Shown: positions 19,494 to 30,285 of the stretch, one piece after another | Position numbering within the stretch: the first letter of the stretch is position 1 | Layout of the letters: each line of letters begins with the position of its first letter | Source: Sutterella sp. | Lineage (GTDB): Bacteria; Pseudomonadota; Gammaproteobacteria; Burkholderiales; Burkholderiaceae_F | Assembly (NCBI GenBank): GCA_020025965.1 | Contig: JAHHRG010000001.1 | Location: 6,911 to 70,910, forward strand | DNA length: 64,000 nt | Direction of reading: 5' to 3' | Notes under the pieces: generated by a model | The model's input: the letters and a program-made list of their open reading frames with translations, nothing else | What the model was told of the DNA's origin: nothing | The model's database searches: none | Program-made: the position numbers and the translations under genes

Positions 19494-20438
19494 TTAGTCG
19501 GAATAATGTGAGTCGGTCAGTGTCTGACGCATTTTCTGCAGAGCCTGCTTTTCAATCTGACGTACGCGTTCGGCGGATACACCGAGCTCCTGAGCGAGTT
19601 CCTGGAGGGTGATGGCTTTCTGCTTGCCGTCCTCATCGGTATGCAGGTAGCGAGCTTCGATAATACGGCGGCTACGTTCGTCAAGCGTATCAAGGGCTAA
19701 GGAAAGTCCTTGAGTTTCCAATTCGGCTTCTTCTTTTGCTTCGATGATGGTTTCTGGTTCATCCGTTTTTCGACTGAGCCAGTCAGCCGGGGTGAAGGCT
19801 TCCTCACGATCGTCGTTGCTGTTGACAGGTGAGTCGAGACTGCTTTCCTGACCGTACATGCGCTCTTCCATTTCAAGTACTTCTTTGGGCTTCACATCGA
19901 GTGTCAGCGCAATGCGTTCGGCCTGCTTGTAGGTAAGGGCATACTGCGAGTCTTCTTTCATCTGACGAAGGTTAAAGAAGAGTTTTCGTTGATTCTTCGT
20001 TGTTGCGAGTTTAACGATGCGCCAGTTGCGAATAATGTATTCCTGAATTTCCGATCGGATCCAATGCGTAGCAAAGGTCATGAGTCGGGCTCCACGATCG
20101 GGATCGTAGTGACGTATGGCCTTCATTAGGCCGATATTGCCTTCCTGAATCAGGTCCGCATACGGGAGTCCGTATCCCAAAAAGCCACGAGCAATGGAAA
20201 TTACCAGGCGTAGGTGGCTCAAGATGAGGCGCTGAGCGGCTTCCACATCGTTATCGTCGCGAAGGCGCAGGGCAAGAGAACGTTCCTCCTCAGGGGTGAG
20301 CATCGGGGCTCTTTCGGCTGCGCGCATGAAAGCCTCAAGGTCGCCGAGAGGTCCGACAATAGCGGGGACACTCGGAGCCTTATAGGCAACCAACGCAGTT
20401 CCGGAGGATGTTTTTTCGCTAAGCGAATTGGCAGACAT
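19494..20438 (-). CDS. rpoH: RNA polymerase sigma-32 factor RpoH
   Basis: The RpoH box QRKLFFNLR is present. Region 2 reads [21 protein letters not shown] and region 4.2 reads [23 protein letters not shown]. Confidence 0.93.
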   Translation of the reverse strand: MSANSLSEKTSSGTALVAYKAPSVPAIVGPLGDLEAFMRAAERAPMLTPEEERSLALRLRDDNDVEAAQRLILSHLRLVISIARGFLGYGLPYADLIQEGNIGLMKAIRHYDPDRGARLMTFATHWIRSEIQEYIIRNWRIVKLATTKNQRKLFFNLRQMKEDSQYALTYKQAERIALTLDVKPKEVLEMEERMYGQESSLDSPVNSNDDREEAFTPADWLSRKTDEPETIIEAKEEAELETQGLSLALDTLDERSRRIIEARYLHTDEDGKQKAITLQELAQELGVSAERVRQIEKQALQKMRQTLTDSHYSD

Positions 20439-20488
20439 GTGTGTAGGAGCGACCTGTCAGTGAAAACAGTAATGGTAATACTTCGATT

Positions 20489-21382
20489 TTACAATCTGGC
20501 TCGCTTCCAGGAGTCCTGTGCGGCCAAAACGGCAACAATATAGCCGACAAGGCTACAGATAATTACAAAGCCGACACACCAACTCCAATCGGGGAGAGCA
20601 AGGCTCATGTCGATGCCATAGAGACTCGCGACATCGGTCACAGCGGGTTTTAGAAGGATTATGCCGCCTTGAGTGATGCCGAGTGCTCCGATGCTTGAAG
20701 CAAGCATCAAAATGAATCCTCGCCAGGCCCAGGGGCGAATGGCAAAGGAAGGAGAGGCACCGAAGACGTAGAGAGCGCGCATTTGCGGATTGGCAGTCAA
20801 GGTCGTCATGCGGATGGCCGCGGCGAGAACGAGCATGACAAGCAAGGCTACAATGACTCCTAAGGAAAGAATACCGATCTGACCAGCCCGGGAAAGAGCT
20901 TGAAGCTTATCGCGCCAACTCGTTTCATAAGCAATCATGTCGACACCGCGAACCTTTTCGATAAGCTGGCCGATTTTATCAACGTCGGCAGACGGAACGC
21001 TAGAGCCGATTGTGGCGTGCACGATATCAGGAAGCGGATTTTTAGCGTCGGCAGTTTTATCCTTGAGACCGAAGCGACTGTTGAGACTTTCAAGCGCAGT
21101 TTCTTTTGGAATGACGCGGACTGCGTCGATACCTTTGAGTTTTTCAATTTCTGCGGCAACGCGTTTGGCGTTAGCATTCTCATCCGTAAATACAGTAATT
21201 TCAATGGACGTCGGCAACTGACGAATCGGTTCACTTACCTGATAGAAAATCGAGGAAATAAAGAGCGGAATGGAGAGTGCTAGTGCAGAAAGAACGATGG
21301 CAAGCGAAAAAAGTCCCTTATCGGCCGAAAGACCGCGGAACATTTCTTGCAAAGCCCAGAGACGCGAGGAGAGAACACTCAT
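20489..21382 (-). CDS. ftsX: Cell division permease-like protein FtsX
   Basis: It has four predicted TM segments with a large periplasmic loop after TM1. It lies immediately downstream of ftsE. Confidence 0.85.
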   Translation of the reverse strand: MSVLSSRLWALQEMFRGLSADKGLFSLAIVLSALALSIPLFISSIFYQVSEPIRQLPTSIEITVFTDENANAKRVAAEIEKLKGIDAVRVIPKETALESLNSRFGLKDKTADAKNPLPDIVHATIGSSVPSADVDKIGQLIEKVRGVDMIAYETSWRDKLQALSRAGQIGILSLGVIVALLVMLVLAAAIRMTTLTANPQMRALYVFGASPSFAIRPWAWRGFILMLASSIGALGITQGGIILLKPAVTDVASLYGIDMSLALPDWSWCVGFVIICSLVGYIVAVLAAQDSWKRARL

Positions 21383-21384
21383 GC

Positions 21385-22053
21385 CTATACTCCTTCATGC
21401 GGTGTCGATAGGGTAATTTCCCGATAACGACAGCCTTCAGGCGCTAGGTGGTGATGCGTAGCCAGAATGACGGTCACGCCAGCGGCGGAAAAAGTCGCGA
21501 GCAGATCAATGAGCGTCTTCGTATTGCTGTCGTCGAGATGCGCAACTGGTTCGTCAGCAAGAATAAGCACGGGCTTATTAACGACTGCACGTGCCAGGCA
21601 GGCCAACTGACACTGACCGGCCGAAAGGGCACCAGGAAGTTGGTCGGCGAGTTCGGCAATGCCGCATTTTGAGAGAGCTAGCATGGCGCGACGATGCGCC
21701 TCGCTCATTGACTCATTGGCAGCAATAGCAGGAAGCATTACGTTTTCAACAATAGTTCGATCTTCAAGTAAGAGCCCTTCTTGCATCATTAGACCGATTG
21801 CACGGCGAAGCCAGCGGCTCTGCGCATCGGAGAAGAGATCCACACGGTCGCCAGCAACAATGACTTCGCCGGCAGTCGGTCGAACGAGGCCGGCAATCAA
21901 ATGCAGAATGGTGGATTTGCCACAGCCCGTACTGCCGTGAATCACGACAAATTCCCCGCGGTTGACACGGAGATTAAGGGAATTGATTACGTTGAGGGTG
22001 CCATAGGAAACGCTCACGTTCTTCAATTCCAACAGAGGGGCTTTTTCTGACAT
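21385..22053 (-). CDS. ftsE: Cell division ATP-binding protein FtsE (divergent signature motif)
   Basis: Walker A is GSTGCGKST, the signature region is LSAGQCQLACLARAVVNKP and Walker B is LILADEP. ATG 22053 is preferred to TTG 22065. Confidence 0.85.
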   Translation of the reverse strand: MSEKAPLLELKNVSVSYGTLNVINSLNLRVNRGEFVVIHGSTGCGKSTILHLIAGLVRPTAGEVIVAGDRVDLFSDAQSRWLRRAIGLMMQEGLLLEDRTIVENVMLPAIAANESMSEAHRRAMLALSKCGIAELADQLPGALSAGQCQLACLARAVVNKPVLILADEPVAHLDDSNTKTLIDLLATFSAAGVTVILATHHHLAPEGCRYREITLSTPHEGV

Positions 22054-22061
22054 TGTGATAC

Positions 22062-23528
22062 TCAAAAGGCTTTCAGACGAACGATCTTATCAATTTTGGC
22101 CCAGGCGTTGCATTCTTCTTCGAGAAGGTAAGCGGAAAGCGGATGGGCATCGAGCCATGCCTGTGGAAGACTAATGGAAACCTGATTGTTTTCTCTGATG
22201 ATAGCAAGTGCAGGAAGAGTTGCGTTCTTTCTGGCATGAGAAAAAATAACAGCCAAACGAATTGCAAGAACCTGATTTTCCCTGCGAATGTCGGCAATGA
22301 AATCCCGAACCTTGGCGAGCCCGCCTCTCTGACCGAGTACTATCATCGATAGCGTATTTTGTTCCGCACGGGTAAAGCCAGGCATATCGGCGTTGGCGAG
22401 AATGTACTGACTGTGACGATGGTAGTGACTTGTTGAGATGAGTGTGCCCAATTCGTGGAGCGAGGCGGCCCATCGAAGGAGGCGATGATCTTCTTCGCTA
22501 GCTTTAGGATCTGTCGCGAGGTAGAGAATTTCGCTCAATTCTGTCACGCGCTTGGCCTGTTCGCGGTCAAGGCGCGGGGAGGAAAGCAGGCGTTCGATCG
22601 TCATTTCTCGAGTGTCACGATTTTCGACGGCGGAGAGCAGTTCGTAAAGAAGACCGACGCGAAGGGCACCGGTCGCGGGTCTCATGGTACGGATGCTAAG
22701 TGCACGGAAAACGGCAATCAAAATCGCGATGCCGCCAGCGATGACTTCCTTACGATCGGGCTTCAGACCGGGCAGTTTGATTTTTTCAATGTGACGGTAC
22801 TTCAGGAGTTCCGTCTTAAGGCGTTCGAGATGTTCGAGGGTTACTTCCCCGTTTTCGCTCCAACCGAGTTCCATACAGACAGCAGAGACGGCACTGAAGG
22901 TGCCGGCCGATCCGTAGGCTTCATCGTATTCTTGATTGCCGAAAGTGACTGAGGCTTCGCTCAGCTCAGCCGTACAGGCAATAATGGCGCGGTTGATCGT
23001 GTCTTCGGAAAGAACACCTTCAGAGAAGAAGCGGATCGACGTTTCAACGCAACCGATGTGAAAACTCTCGTATTTCTCGGCTGTGAACCCGCGACCGATA
23101 ACGAGTTCCGTACTTGCACCGCCGATGTCGACAATCAGACGACGTTTTTCGGATTTGGGAAGTGTGTGCGTACAGCCCTTGAAAACAAGACGAGCCTCTT
23201 CGTGACCGCTCAAGATGCTGATCGGATAGCCGAGCGTGGCTTCAGCTTTTTTCAGAAATTCAGCCGAATTCTTTGCTACACGCAATGACTGGGTTCCTAC
23301 CGCTCGAACGTTTTCGGGAGGGAGGCCTGCCAGGCATTCGTGGAAGCGTGCGAGGGCGGTCAGGGCTTTTTCCTGAATATCAGGCGTCAGTGCACCTTGG
23401 GCGTCAAAGCCCGCAGCAAGCCGCACGGTTTCCTTCCAGTAGTTTTGCGTGATGATACGACCGTGTTCAACACGACCTATTTCGACACGAAAACTGTTAC
23501 TACCCAAATCAACGGCACCTAAAAGCAT
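22062..23528 (-). CDS. Exopolyphosphatase / guanosine pentaphosphate phosphohydrolase (Ppx/GppA family)
   Basis: The N-terminus is AVDLGSNSFRVEIGRV and DIGGASTELV is present (ASKHA fold). It has a C-terminal HD-like helical domain and is 488 aa. Confidence 0.85.
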   Translation of the reverse strand: MLLGAVDLGSNSFRVEIGRVEHGRIITQNYWKETVRLAAGFDAQGALTPDIQEKALTALARFHECLAGLPPENVRAVGTQSLRVAKNSAEFLKKAEATLGYPISILSGHEEARLVFKGCTHTLPKSEKRRLIVDIGGASTELVIGRGFTAEKYESFHIGCVETSIRFFSEGVLSEDTINRAIIACTAELSEASVTFGNQEYDEAYGSAGTFSAVSAVCMELGWSENGEVTLEHLERLKTELLKYRHIEKIKLPGLKPDRKEVIAGGIAILIAVFRALSIRTMRPATGALRVGLLYELLSAVENRDTREMTIERLLSSPRLDREQAKRVTELSEILYLATDPKASEEDHRLLRWAASLHELGTLISTSHYHRHSQYILANADMPGFTRAEQNTLSMIVLGQRGGLAKVRDFIADIRRENQVLAIRLAVIFSHARKNATLPALAIIRENNQVSISLPQAWLDAHPLSAYLLEEECNAWAKIDKIVRLKAF

Positions 23529-23581
23529 AGTAGAGGTCCTTTATTGTTTTCTTGGTTTGGATTTGGCCTAATCTTGACTAA

Positions 23582-24535
23582 TTATTCTTCCGTTGCAGGT
23601 GTATCGGCATCTAGACCAACAAGCGTGTTGGCAAAGTGTAGAGCGTTGAAAGGTTGCAAATCGTCGATTGCTTCGCCTACACCGATGAAGTAAATCGGTA
23701 GCGGGTTTTCAGGACGCATCTGCGTAATAGCTGCAAGGACACCACCCTTGGCAGTACCGTCCAGCTTCGTGATGATGAGGCCCGTTAGACCAACAGCGGC
23801 ATCAAAAGCCTTCACCTGAGTGAGGGCATTTTGACCGTTGGTGCCGTCAACGACGAGAATGGCTTCGTGTGGGGCACCGGAGAGTGCCTTTTCCTGAGCG
23901 CGGCGGATTCGGCGCAATTCATCCATAAGGTTGACCTGCGTTGGAAGACGGCCAGCCGTGTCAGCGATGACAACATCGGTACCTCGAGCCTTACCGGCGC
24001 TCACAGCATCAAAAACAACTGCAGCGGGGTCACCACCTTGCTGAGCGATTACTTCGACGCGGTTGCGATCTCCCCAAACGGCGAGCTGCTCACGGGCGGC
24101 AGCACGGAAAGTATCACCAGCAGCGAGAAGAACTGTCTTGTCATTCTGTGCTAGCCACTTGGAGAGTTTGCCGATAGAGGTGGTTTTGCCGGCACCGTTT
24201 ACACCGCACATCATGATGACGAGAGGCTTGGCCCGTTCAAGATCGATCGTCTTTTCTGCGGGCTTGAGAATGTTGTATAGCTCGTCTCGAAGAGCTGTGC
24301 GAACTTCATCTTGAGTTTTTAAGCCTTTAAGCTTAATGGCGTCACGCAAACGTTGTAGGATACGGGCAGATACCTGAACGCCGACGTCGGCGGTAATCAG
24401 GGCGTATTCCAATTCCTCAAGAAAGTCCTCGTCAACAACACCGCCGGAGAAAAGACCGACGATGTTGACGCGGGTGCGGGTCAAGCCCTCTTTTAATCGG
24501 GAAAACCAAGTCATATCAATGGCAAATTCAAACAA
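23582..24535 (-). CDS. ftsY: SRP receptor FtsY (NG domain only, no acidic A domain)
   Basis: WFSRLKEGLTRTR is followed by GVNGAGKTTSIGKL, DTAGR and TKLDGTAKGG. The start may instead be the Met at 24514. Confidence 0.92.
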   Translation of the reverse strand: MFEFAIDMTWFSRLKEGLTRTRVNIVGLFSGGVVDEDFLEELEYALITADVGVQVSARILQRLRDAIKLKGLKTQDEVRTALRDELYNILKPAEKTIDLERAKPLVIMMCGVNGAGKTTSIGKLSKWLAQNDKTVLLAAGDTFRAAAREQLAVWGDRNRVEVIAQQGGDPAAVVFDAVSAGKARGTDVVIADTAGRLPTQVNLMDELRRIRRAQEKALSGAPHEAILVVDGTNGQNALTQVKAFDAAVGLTGLIITKLDGTAKGGVLAAITQMRPENPLPIYFIGVGEAIDDLQPFNALHFANTLVGLDADTPATEE

Positions 24536-25211
24536 TAAAAAGCAAAAAAGTGCAATTCATACAAGTTTAGCAACGCCAGCCCTTACTAGGGGAGGCGGGG
24601 CGGTGCGAATTGTATCCGGACAGTGGCGCAGGAGCCTTATTCAGGTTGTTGTTGCAGACGGACTTAGACCGACATCGGAACGCATTCGAGAGACCGTTTT
24701 CGATTGGCTCGTGCATTTGTTCGACTCAATCGAAGGCCTTGAAGTGCTCGATATGTTTGCGGGCTCTGGTGCTATGGGCTTTGAAGCGGCAAGTCGAGGA
24801 GCCACTCGTGTGGATTGGGTTGATGTCAACAAGGCGGGGATTCTCTCTATCCGAGCTGCGCTAAAAAAATTAGGCGGAAAAAATGAGCACCGTGCCCATG
24901 TGGGCGACGCTTTCCGCTTTGTCGAGTCGGAGGATAAACCCTACGACCTGATTGTGATTGATCCGCCCTTTAAAGCAGATTGGCAACAAAAGGCTGTGTT
25001 GCTTGCAAAGCAGAAACTCAAGCCAGAAGGTCTTCTCTATGTTGAATCGCCGAAGGAACTTTTGCCTGACGAGTTCTTGACGGAAACCGAGCTCGTACGA
25101 GTGCGTTCCGGTCATGCTGGCGCGGTTTTCTTCGAGCTTCTCGCTCATGAAGGAAGTGGAATGGCCGGCTTGTCCAAACTTTCCAAAGAAGAAAAGCGAA
25201 AAAAGAAATGA
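24519..25211 (+). CDS. rsmD: 16S rRNA (guanine966-N2)-methyltransferase RsmD
   Basis: [49 protein letters not shown] and VIDPPF are present. It is divergent from ftsY and followed by coaD. Confidence 0.85.
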   Translation: MANSNNKKQKSAIHTSLATPALTRGGGAVRIVSGQWRRSLIQVVVADGLRPTSERIRETVFDWLVHLFDSIEGLEVLDMFAGSGAMGFEAASRGATRVDWVDVNKAGILSIRAALKKLGGKNEHRAHVGDAFRFVESEDKPYDLIVIDPPFKADWQQKAVLLAKQKLKPEGLLYVESPKELLPDEFLTETELVRVRSGHAGAVFFELLAHEGSGMAGLSKLSKEEKRKKK

Positions 25212-25702
25212 CAACAGCTGTTTATCCTGGCACCTTTGATCCGATGACTAAAGGGCACGAAGATCTGGTTCGTCGAGCGGCGCATATTTTCGATCAAGTC
25301 GTTGTGGCCGTTGCTTCAAACTCGAAGAAACATCCATTGCTAGACTTGGAGACGCGTCTACGCCTCGCACAGGAAGTTTGTCGCGACTATCCTAATGTGA
25401 CGGTTGAAGCGTTTGATGGGCTTCTTAAAGACTTCGTGCGTACTCATAATGGGCAAGTCATCGTTCGCGGAGCCAGAGCCGTGAGCGACTTTGAATACGA
25501 ATTCCAGATGGCTGGAATGAATCGTCAGCTAATGCCCGATGTTGAAACGGTGTTCTTGACGCCCTCGGATCAGTATCAATTTGTAAGTGGCACGTTTGTG
25601 CGAGAAATTGCTCAGATGAGTCCCGAAGATGCCAAGCGTTTTGTGTCGCCAGTCGTGATGGAGGCCTTGTTGGCCTCCTTTGATAAGGTCAAATCGTTTT
25701 AG
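25208..25702 (+). CDS. coaD: Phosphopantetheine adenylyltransferase
   Basis: The N-terminus is [21 protein letters not shown] and [13 protein letters not shown] is present. The protein is 164 aa. Confidence 0.95.
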   Translation: MTTAVYPGTFDPMTKGHEDLVRRAAHIFDQVVVAVASNSKKHPLLDLETRLRLAQEVCRDYPNVTVEAFDGLLKDFVRTHNGQVIVRGARAVSDFEYEFQMAGMNRQLMPDVETVFLTPSDQYQFVSGTFVREIAQMSPEDAKRFVSPVVMEALLASFDKVKSF

Positions 25703-27957
25703 ATCGGGAGATCGGGTGCTTCGTCATCCTTTCGGTTTGGACGAGGTACCCAGTCAGGAATCCAGTCGGGATAAGTGATATTGGGCCATTCGAATTCGGG
25801 GAGCCATTCGGAGGGATTCAAGTCAAGGTTTGGCCATTCGCGGGTATCCCACCACGTATTGAATTCACGCTCGATCTTTTTTTTCAACAGACTGAAACTC
25901 CAGGCTACTTCACCGAGGTTTGCATCTGCGTCCGCGCGAGCATGCTCCCAGTCGGGATTCCAGACGGGGGATTCGTTGTTGCGGATAGTGACGACGGCGG
26001 GCATGCTGAAAGCATGTTCTCCATTTTGTTTGAGGAAGTTCACCTTGGCATTAACGCTCAATACTCGAGTATAGGACTGACCTGAGAAGTTGGCCTTCCA
26101 CAAAGGACCTTCGACGTTGGCGTTTTCAATCTTCCAAACACCGTTCTCAAGACGAGCATTGAGGGATAAGAGCCCGAAGGAAGTAACCGCTTCGGTGTTG
26201 AAGGCTTCTCGCGGCATCTTTTCGGGACGTTCACGAAGCATGATTTCATGAATCTTCAACAGATCAACGCCGGTCATTTCTCCGTCTCGAACGCGTATGG
26301 CCAACTCCACCTTGGTCTGCGTTACGTCGGTGATGTTGCCCGTAGCGTCAAGTTTCCCTTCCGAAAGCCCGCGCATAACCGGATGGGAGAAGAAAGTACC
26401 GCTTTCAATATCGCGCCATTGAGTGGCTGCGACCCAAGTGCCGTCCGAGTAAATGGTAGCCTGATAGGGGAGCGAGGAGGATTTGAGGGTAACGGAGCCG
26501 TTATCAACAAGAGCAATGTTATCTTTCACGAGAAAGTCGCCTTCCAAATGGTGAATGCCCATGGGGGCGTTTTCCATGCCGATGGCAAAGTGTAGTTGCC
26601 AATCAAAGGTCGACAGCCATTTGCTCTGCGTAGAGAAGATTTTTGAGAGACGATCGGCGGAGAGACGGCCGAGCGTTACTTCCCCCACAATCGTCGGACG
26701 GGTAGGAGTAACGATAGTGGCGGAAACTGGAGTTGGAACAGATCCATCTACAGCAAGAGGATTATCAACAGAGTCGGCGGTAGGCGTGTCTCCTGCGAGA
26801 GTCGTATTCGTGATCGGAGTTTCGGGTAGCGTCACAACAGCCGTGTTTTCAGCTGGATGGTTTATCGTGGTGTCTATTTTGAGGGGCGTATTGCGGAACA
26901 TTCCTTCGAGTAATATGCGGCCTTCGCCTGTTGCGAGATTCCAGTGAATGTCGCCGGAAATAGATCCATTAGGGATAGGTGTCTGTTCTCCGTCGGCCAA
27001 GGACGATGTCTCAATTTTGAGACTTTCGGCGGCTAGGGTCTTTTCAACTCCTTGGTAGTTGACCTTGCCATGAGCTAGGTAGACATCTGATCTGTTCGTT
27101 TCAGGGACCACAATGGAGACTCGGGCACCATCGGCATTGATACGTTTGTCGGCGCTCGCAAGCGTCGGGGTCGCGAATCGAAGGGCATAGCCGTTGGCGA
27201 GCTTGACCGTAGCGTCGAGATTGCTTAATTCAAAGCGATCTGCAAAGGGATTTCCAAGTCGGGCAATTGATATATCACTTGTTATATCCGTGCCGCGCCA
27301 GAGGCCACGCGCGGAGAAAGTGACGTTTTCTGCGACAGCTTTGATCGGACCCTCGGACCAGTCGAAGATTCCCGATAGGTCAGCATTACCGGTGAAATCT
27401 TTTGTCTGAAGGAGATATTTGGCGGCCATGCCCGCGCCAGCTTCCGTGATATCACGCATACCGAATTGAGCATTGTCGATACGTACAAGCGTACCGTTGG
27501 CATTTTTTACGTGGATTGAGGTAGCGGTCGACGTAAGTGTTTTGATACTGACGATTTCACTTGTTGAAATCGGACGTGGCTTCAAGAAGGCTCTGATATC
27601 GTCTTCGGAGAATTCCAGCGAGAGGCCAGTGACGGAGATGTCGTCAATGCGTGGCTTTTTCGCAAAATAAGCAAAAGGATTCATGCGAATGATGACCGTA
27701 TCGAGCTTGCCTGATGCGGTCTCACTCGTCGAAAAACGAAGCGCGGATTTCGGAATCGTGATGCACAGATTCGGTAGACGGCGAATCTTAATTTCGGCCG
27801 TCGGTTCAAGTACGACACCGAAATGATCCGACAGTGTATTGGCAAGGCGAGTCTGAATGCGGTCGGGCGTGATGATGAAATAAAGCGATGCTACCAGGCC
27901 AAGAGACAACAAAGAGAGGCCGATCAGAATGGCAAGGACGGTTCGCAAATAGCGCAT
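25699..27957 (-). CDS. AsmA-family-like envelope protein with Trp-rich C-terminal tail
   Basis: It has an N-terminal membrane anchor ([25 protein letters not shown]), then a beta-rich region resembling the AsmA N-terminus. The family assignment is by resemblance only. The tail is very W-rich. Confidence 0.55.
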   Translation of the reverse strand: MRYLRTVLAILIGLSLLSLGLVASLYFIITPDRIQTRLANTLSDHFGVVLEPTAEIKIRRLPNLCITIPKSALRFSTSETASGKLDTVIIRMNPFAYFAKKPRIDDISVTGLSLEFSEDDIRAFLKPRPISTSEIVSIKTLTSTATSIHVKNANGTLVRIDNAQFGMRDITEAGAGMAAKYLLQTKDFTGNADLSGIFDWSEGPIKAVAENVTFSARGLWRGTDITSDISIARLGNPFADRFELSNLDATVKLANGYALRFATPTLASADKRINADGARVSIVVPETNRSDVYLAHGKVNYQGVEKTLAAESLKIETSSLADGEQTPIPNGSISGDIHWNLATGEGRILLEGMFRNTPLKIDTTINHPAENTAVVTLPETPITNTTLAGDTPTADSVDNPLAVDGSVPTPVSATIVTPTRPTIVGEVTLGRLSADRLSKIFSTQSKWLSTFDWQLHFAIGMENAPMGIHHLEGDFLVKDNIALVDNGSVTLKSSSLPYQATIYSDGTWVAATQWRDIESGTFFSHPVMRGLSEGKLDATGNITDVTQTKVELAIRVRDGEMTGVDLLKIHEIMLRERPEKMPREAFNTEAVTSFGLLSLNARLENGVWKIENANVEGPLWKANFSGQSYTRVLSVNAKVNFLKQNGEHAFSMPAVVTIRNNESPVWNPDWEHARADADANLGEVAWSFSLLKKKIEREFNTWWDTREWPNLDLNPSEWLPEFEWPNITYPDWIPDWVPRPNRKDDEAPDLPI

Positions 27958-28003
27958 GGCTGAATCCTAGGAAAAAGCTTTTCCATGAAGTGTGCCACAA
28001 ATG

Positions 28004-28030
28004 AAAAAAGGCGGGAGAAAACTCCCGCCT
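28004..28030 (-). terminator. Rho-independent terminator of ahpF
   Basis: On the minus strand, AGGCGGGAG-tttt-CTCCCGCCT is followed by TTTTTTCAT. Confidence 0.75.
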
Positions 28031-28050
28031 CTGGTATAGGCTAAGGTTGA

Positions 28051-29598
28051 TTAGTGACGAATCAGGTAATCAAAAGCGCTCAAAGAGGCCTTGGCACCTT
28101 CGCCAAGAGCGACAACGATCTGTTTATAAGGTACGTTCGTGCAGTCACCGGCCGCGAAGACCCCCGGATAAGCGGATTCGCAACGGGAATTAACGACGAG
28201 TTCGCCGAAGGCGTTGCGTTCGATTTCGTTACCGATCCACTCGGTATTGGGTTGAAGGCCGATCTGAACGAAGCAACCGTCAACGGGAAGAGCCCATTCG
28301 TCACCGCTCGTACGATCCTTATAGCGCAAGGTCGAAAGACGGCCGTCAACGCCTTCAAGTGAAGTGGTCTGTGCATTGAAACGAATGTCGACGTTGGGAA
28401 GCGAACGGAGCTTTTCCTGGAGCACCTTATCGGCGACTAGGTGGTCACGGCGTTGAATGACGGTCACGTGAGCGCAGATGCCGGCAAGGTCAATTGCGGC
28501 CTCCACGCCGGAGTTGCCACCCCCCACGACAGCAATGCGCTTACCCTTGAAGAAGGGACCATCGCAGTGCGGGCAGTAGGCCACGCCCTTACCGGTGTAT
28601 TCGCTTTCACCCGGTACGCCGAGTTTTTTCCAGCGAGCGCCTGTAGCAATGATGAGAGTCTTGGTCTTGACTTCACCACCATCTTCGGTTTTCACACGCC
28701 AGAGATCGCCAACGCGGTCAACACCAGCAGCACGTTTGGGAGCCATTACGTCAATGTTGTATTCACCGACGTGCTGCATCATATTGGTGGCTAAGTCAGC
28801 ACCTGTCTGACGCTTGATGGACGTGAAGTTTTCAATATCGACAGTTTCGGTTACCTGACCGCCAGGACGTTCAGCAAGCATACCGGTGCGAACACCCTTA
28901 CGGGCGGCATAAATAGCAGCCGTGGCACCTGCCGGCCCAGCACCAACGACGAGAACGTCAAAAGGAGCCTTGGCGGTCAGCTCGGCAGCGGCCTCTGCCG
29001 CAGCGCTTGAGTCGAGCTTTTCGATGATTTCGGTCAGTTCATGACGACCGGAAAGGAAGGCTTCCCCGTTCAAGAAGACTGTCGGAACGGCCATGACGCG
29101 GCGATCGCCGGCTTCCTGCTGGAAAAGAGCACCGTCAATGACAGTGACTTTTACGTCAGAATTTAGGAAGGCCATTGTGTTGAGGGCCTGAACTACCTCG
29201 GGACAGTTGTGGCAGGAGAGCGAAATGAAAATTTCAAAGTTGAGGGGCCCCTTCAGGCGTTGAATCTGCGTACGCTGTTCATCCGTAATGCGTGGCGGAT
29301 GACCACCGGCTTGGAGAATAGCCAAAATGAAACCTGTAAATTCATGTCCCATCGGGAGACAGGCAAAGCGAACGCCTGCCTTGGTTCCTTTTGCACTGAT
29401 GGTAAAGCTCGGTTGGCGAGTATTGCCGTCATTCAGAGTGCTGTAGCTCAACAACGGAGAGAGCGCAGCGACTTCCTTCAGAAGTTCGTCAATGTTGCGA
29501 GCGGTCTCAGAATCGTCAAGAACGGCCTTAAATTCAACTGGACGGGCGATCTTGGCAAAGTAGGCTTGCAGTTGGGATTTGATGTTGGCGTCGAGCAT
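28051..29598 (-). CDS. ahpF: Alkyl hydroperoxide reductase subunit F
   Basis: It has an N-terminal double thioredoxin fold with CHNCP, the FAD motif VVGAGPAGATAAIYAARKG and the redox centre CPHCDG. The protein is 515 aa. Confidence 0.95.
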   Translation of the reverse strand: MLDANIKSQLQAYFAKIARPVEFKAVLDDSETARNIDELLKEVAALSPLLSYSTLNDGNTRQPSFTISAKGTKAGVRFACLPMGHEFTGFILAILQAGGHPPRITDEQRTQIQRLKGPLNFEIFISLSCHNCPEVVQALNTMAFLNSDVKVTVIDGALFQQEAGDRRVMAVPTVFLNGEAFLSGRHELTEIIEKLDSSAAAEAAAELTAKAPFDVLVVGAGPAGATAAIYAARKGVRTGMLAERPGGQVTETVDIENFTSIKRQTGADLATNMMQHVGEYNIDVMAPKRAAGVDRVGDLWRVKTEDGGEVKTKTLIIATGARWKKLGVPGESEYTGKGVAYCPHCDGPFFKGKRIAVVGGGNSGVEAAIDLAGICAHVTVIQRRDHLVADKVLQEKLRSLPNVDIRFNAQTTSLEGVDGRLSTLRYKDRTSGDEWALPVDGCFVQIGLQPNTEWIGNEIERNAFGELVVNSRCESAYPGVFAAGDCTNVPYKQIVVALGEGAKASLSAFDYLIRH

Positions 29599-29633
29599 GA
29601 TGAGGGCAGATTTAAGCTTGAAGGGAGAATTGA

Positions 29634-29656
29634 AAAGGCCGCATGAAGCGGCCTTT
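29634..29656 (-). terminator. Intercistronic hairpin/attenuator between ahpC and ahpF
   Basis: On the minus strand, GGCCGC-ttcat-GCGGCC is followed by TTTTCAA. An ahpC-ahpF intergenic terminator is common. Confidence 0.6.
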
Positions 29657-29674
29657 AACCGAAAAGTCTAGAAA

Positions 29675-30238
29675 TTAGATCTTGCCGACGAGGTCAAGAG
29701 ACGGGGTCAGCGTGGCGGCACCCGGGCGCCACTTAGCAGGACAAACCTGACCAGGGTTGGCTGCGATGTACTGGGCAGCTTCAACCTTGCGGAGGAGTTC
29801 CTTGGCATCGCGACCGATACCACCGTCATGGTGTTCCATGATGACGATCTTGCCTTCGGGATTAATCACGAAGGTGCCGCGTTCGGCCATACCATCTTCT
29901 TCGATCAGCACTTCGAAGTTGCGGGAGATTTTGAGCGTCGGGTCTCCGACCATCGGGAACGGAACCTTACCGACAGCTTCGGAGCTTTCATGCCAGGCCT
30001 TATGCGTAAAATGCGTGTCCGTGGAAACGGAGTAGATTTCGACACCGCGCTTCTGGAACTCCGAATACTGTTCGGCGAGGTCTTCGAGTTCGGTCGGACA
30101 GACGAACGTGAAGTCGGCCGGGTAGAAGAAGACAACAGCCCAACGGCCCTTGAGGGATTCTTCGGTGACTTCGATGAACTTGCCCTGATGGAAGGCTTGA
30201 GCCTTGAAGGGGAGGATGTCAGTGTTAAGCAGAGACAT
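29675..30238 (-). CDS. ahpC: Peroxiredoxin AhpC (typical 2-Cys)
   Basis: The N-terminus is [30 protein letters not shown] carries the peroxidatic Cys and QVCPAKW the resolving Cys. Confidence 0.97.
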   Translation of the reverse strand: MSLLNTDILPFKAQAFHQGKFIEVTEESLKGRWAVVFFYPADFTFVCPTELEDLAEQYSEFQKRGVEIYSVSTDTHFTHKAWHESSEAVGKVPFPMVGDPTLKISRNFEVLIEEDGMAERGTFVINPEGKIVIMEHHDGGIGRDAKELLRKVEAAQYIAANPGQVCPAKWRPGAATLTPSLDLVGKI

Positions 30239-30256
30239 GATAACTTCCTTAAAGTT

Positions 30257-30271
30257 TGAGAATGATTCTCA
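30257..30271. promoter_or_regulatory. Perfect 7-1-7 inverted repeat TGAGAAT-N-ATTCTCA, a Fur/PerR-family-like operator in the ahpC leader
   Basis: The sequence was read directly. On the ahpC strand the extended 19-mer GATTATGAGAATCATTCTC matches the classical Fur box GATAATGATAATCATTATC at 16 of 19 positions. It lies between the predicted -10 element and the RBS. Confidence 0.55.
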
Positions 30272-30285
30272 TAATCGATTGTGTA

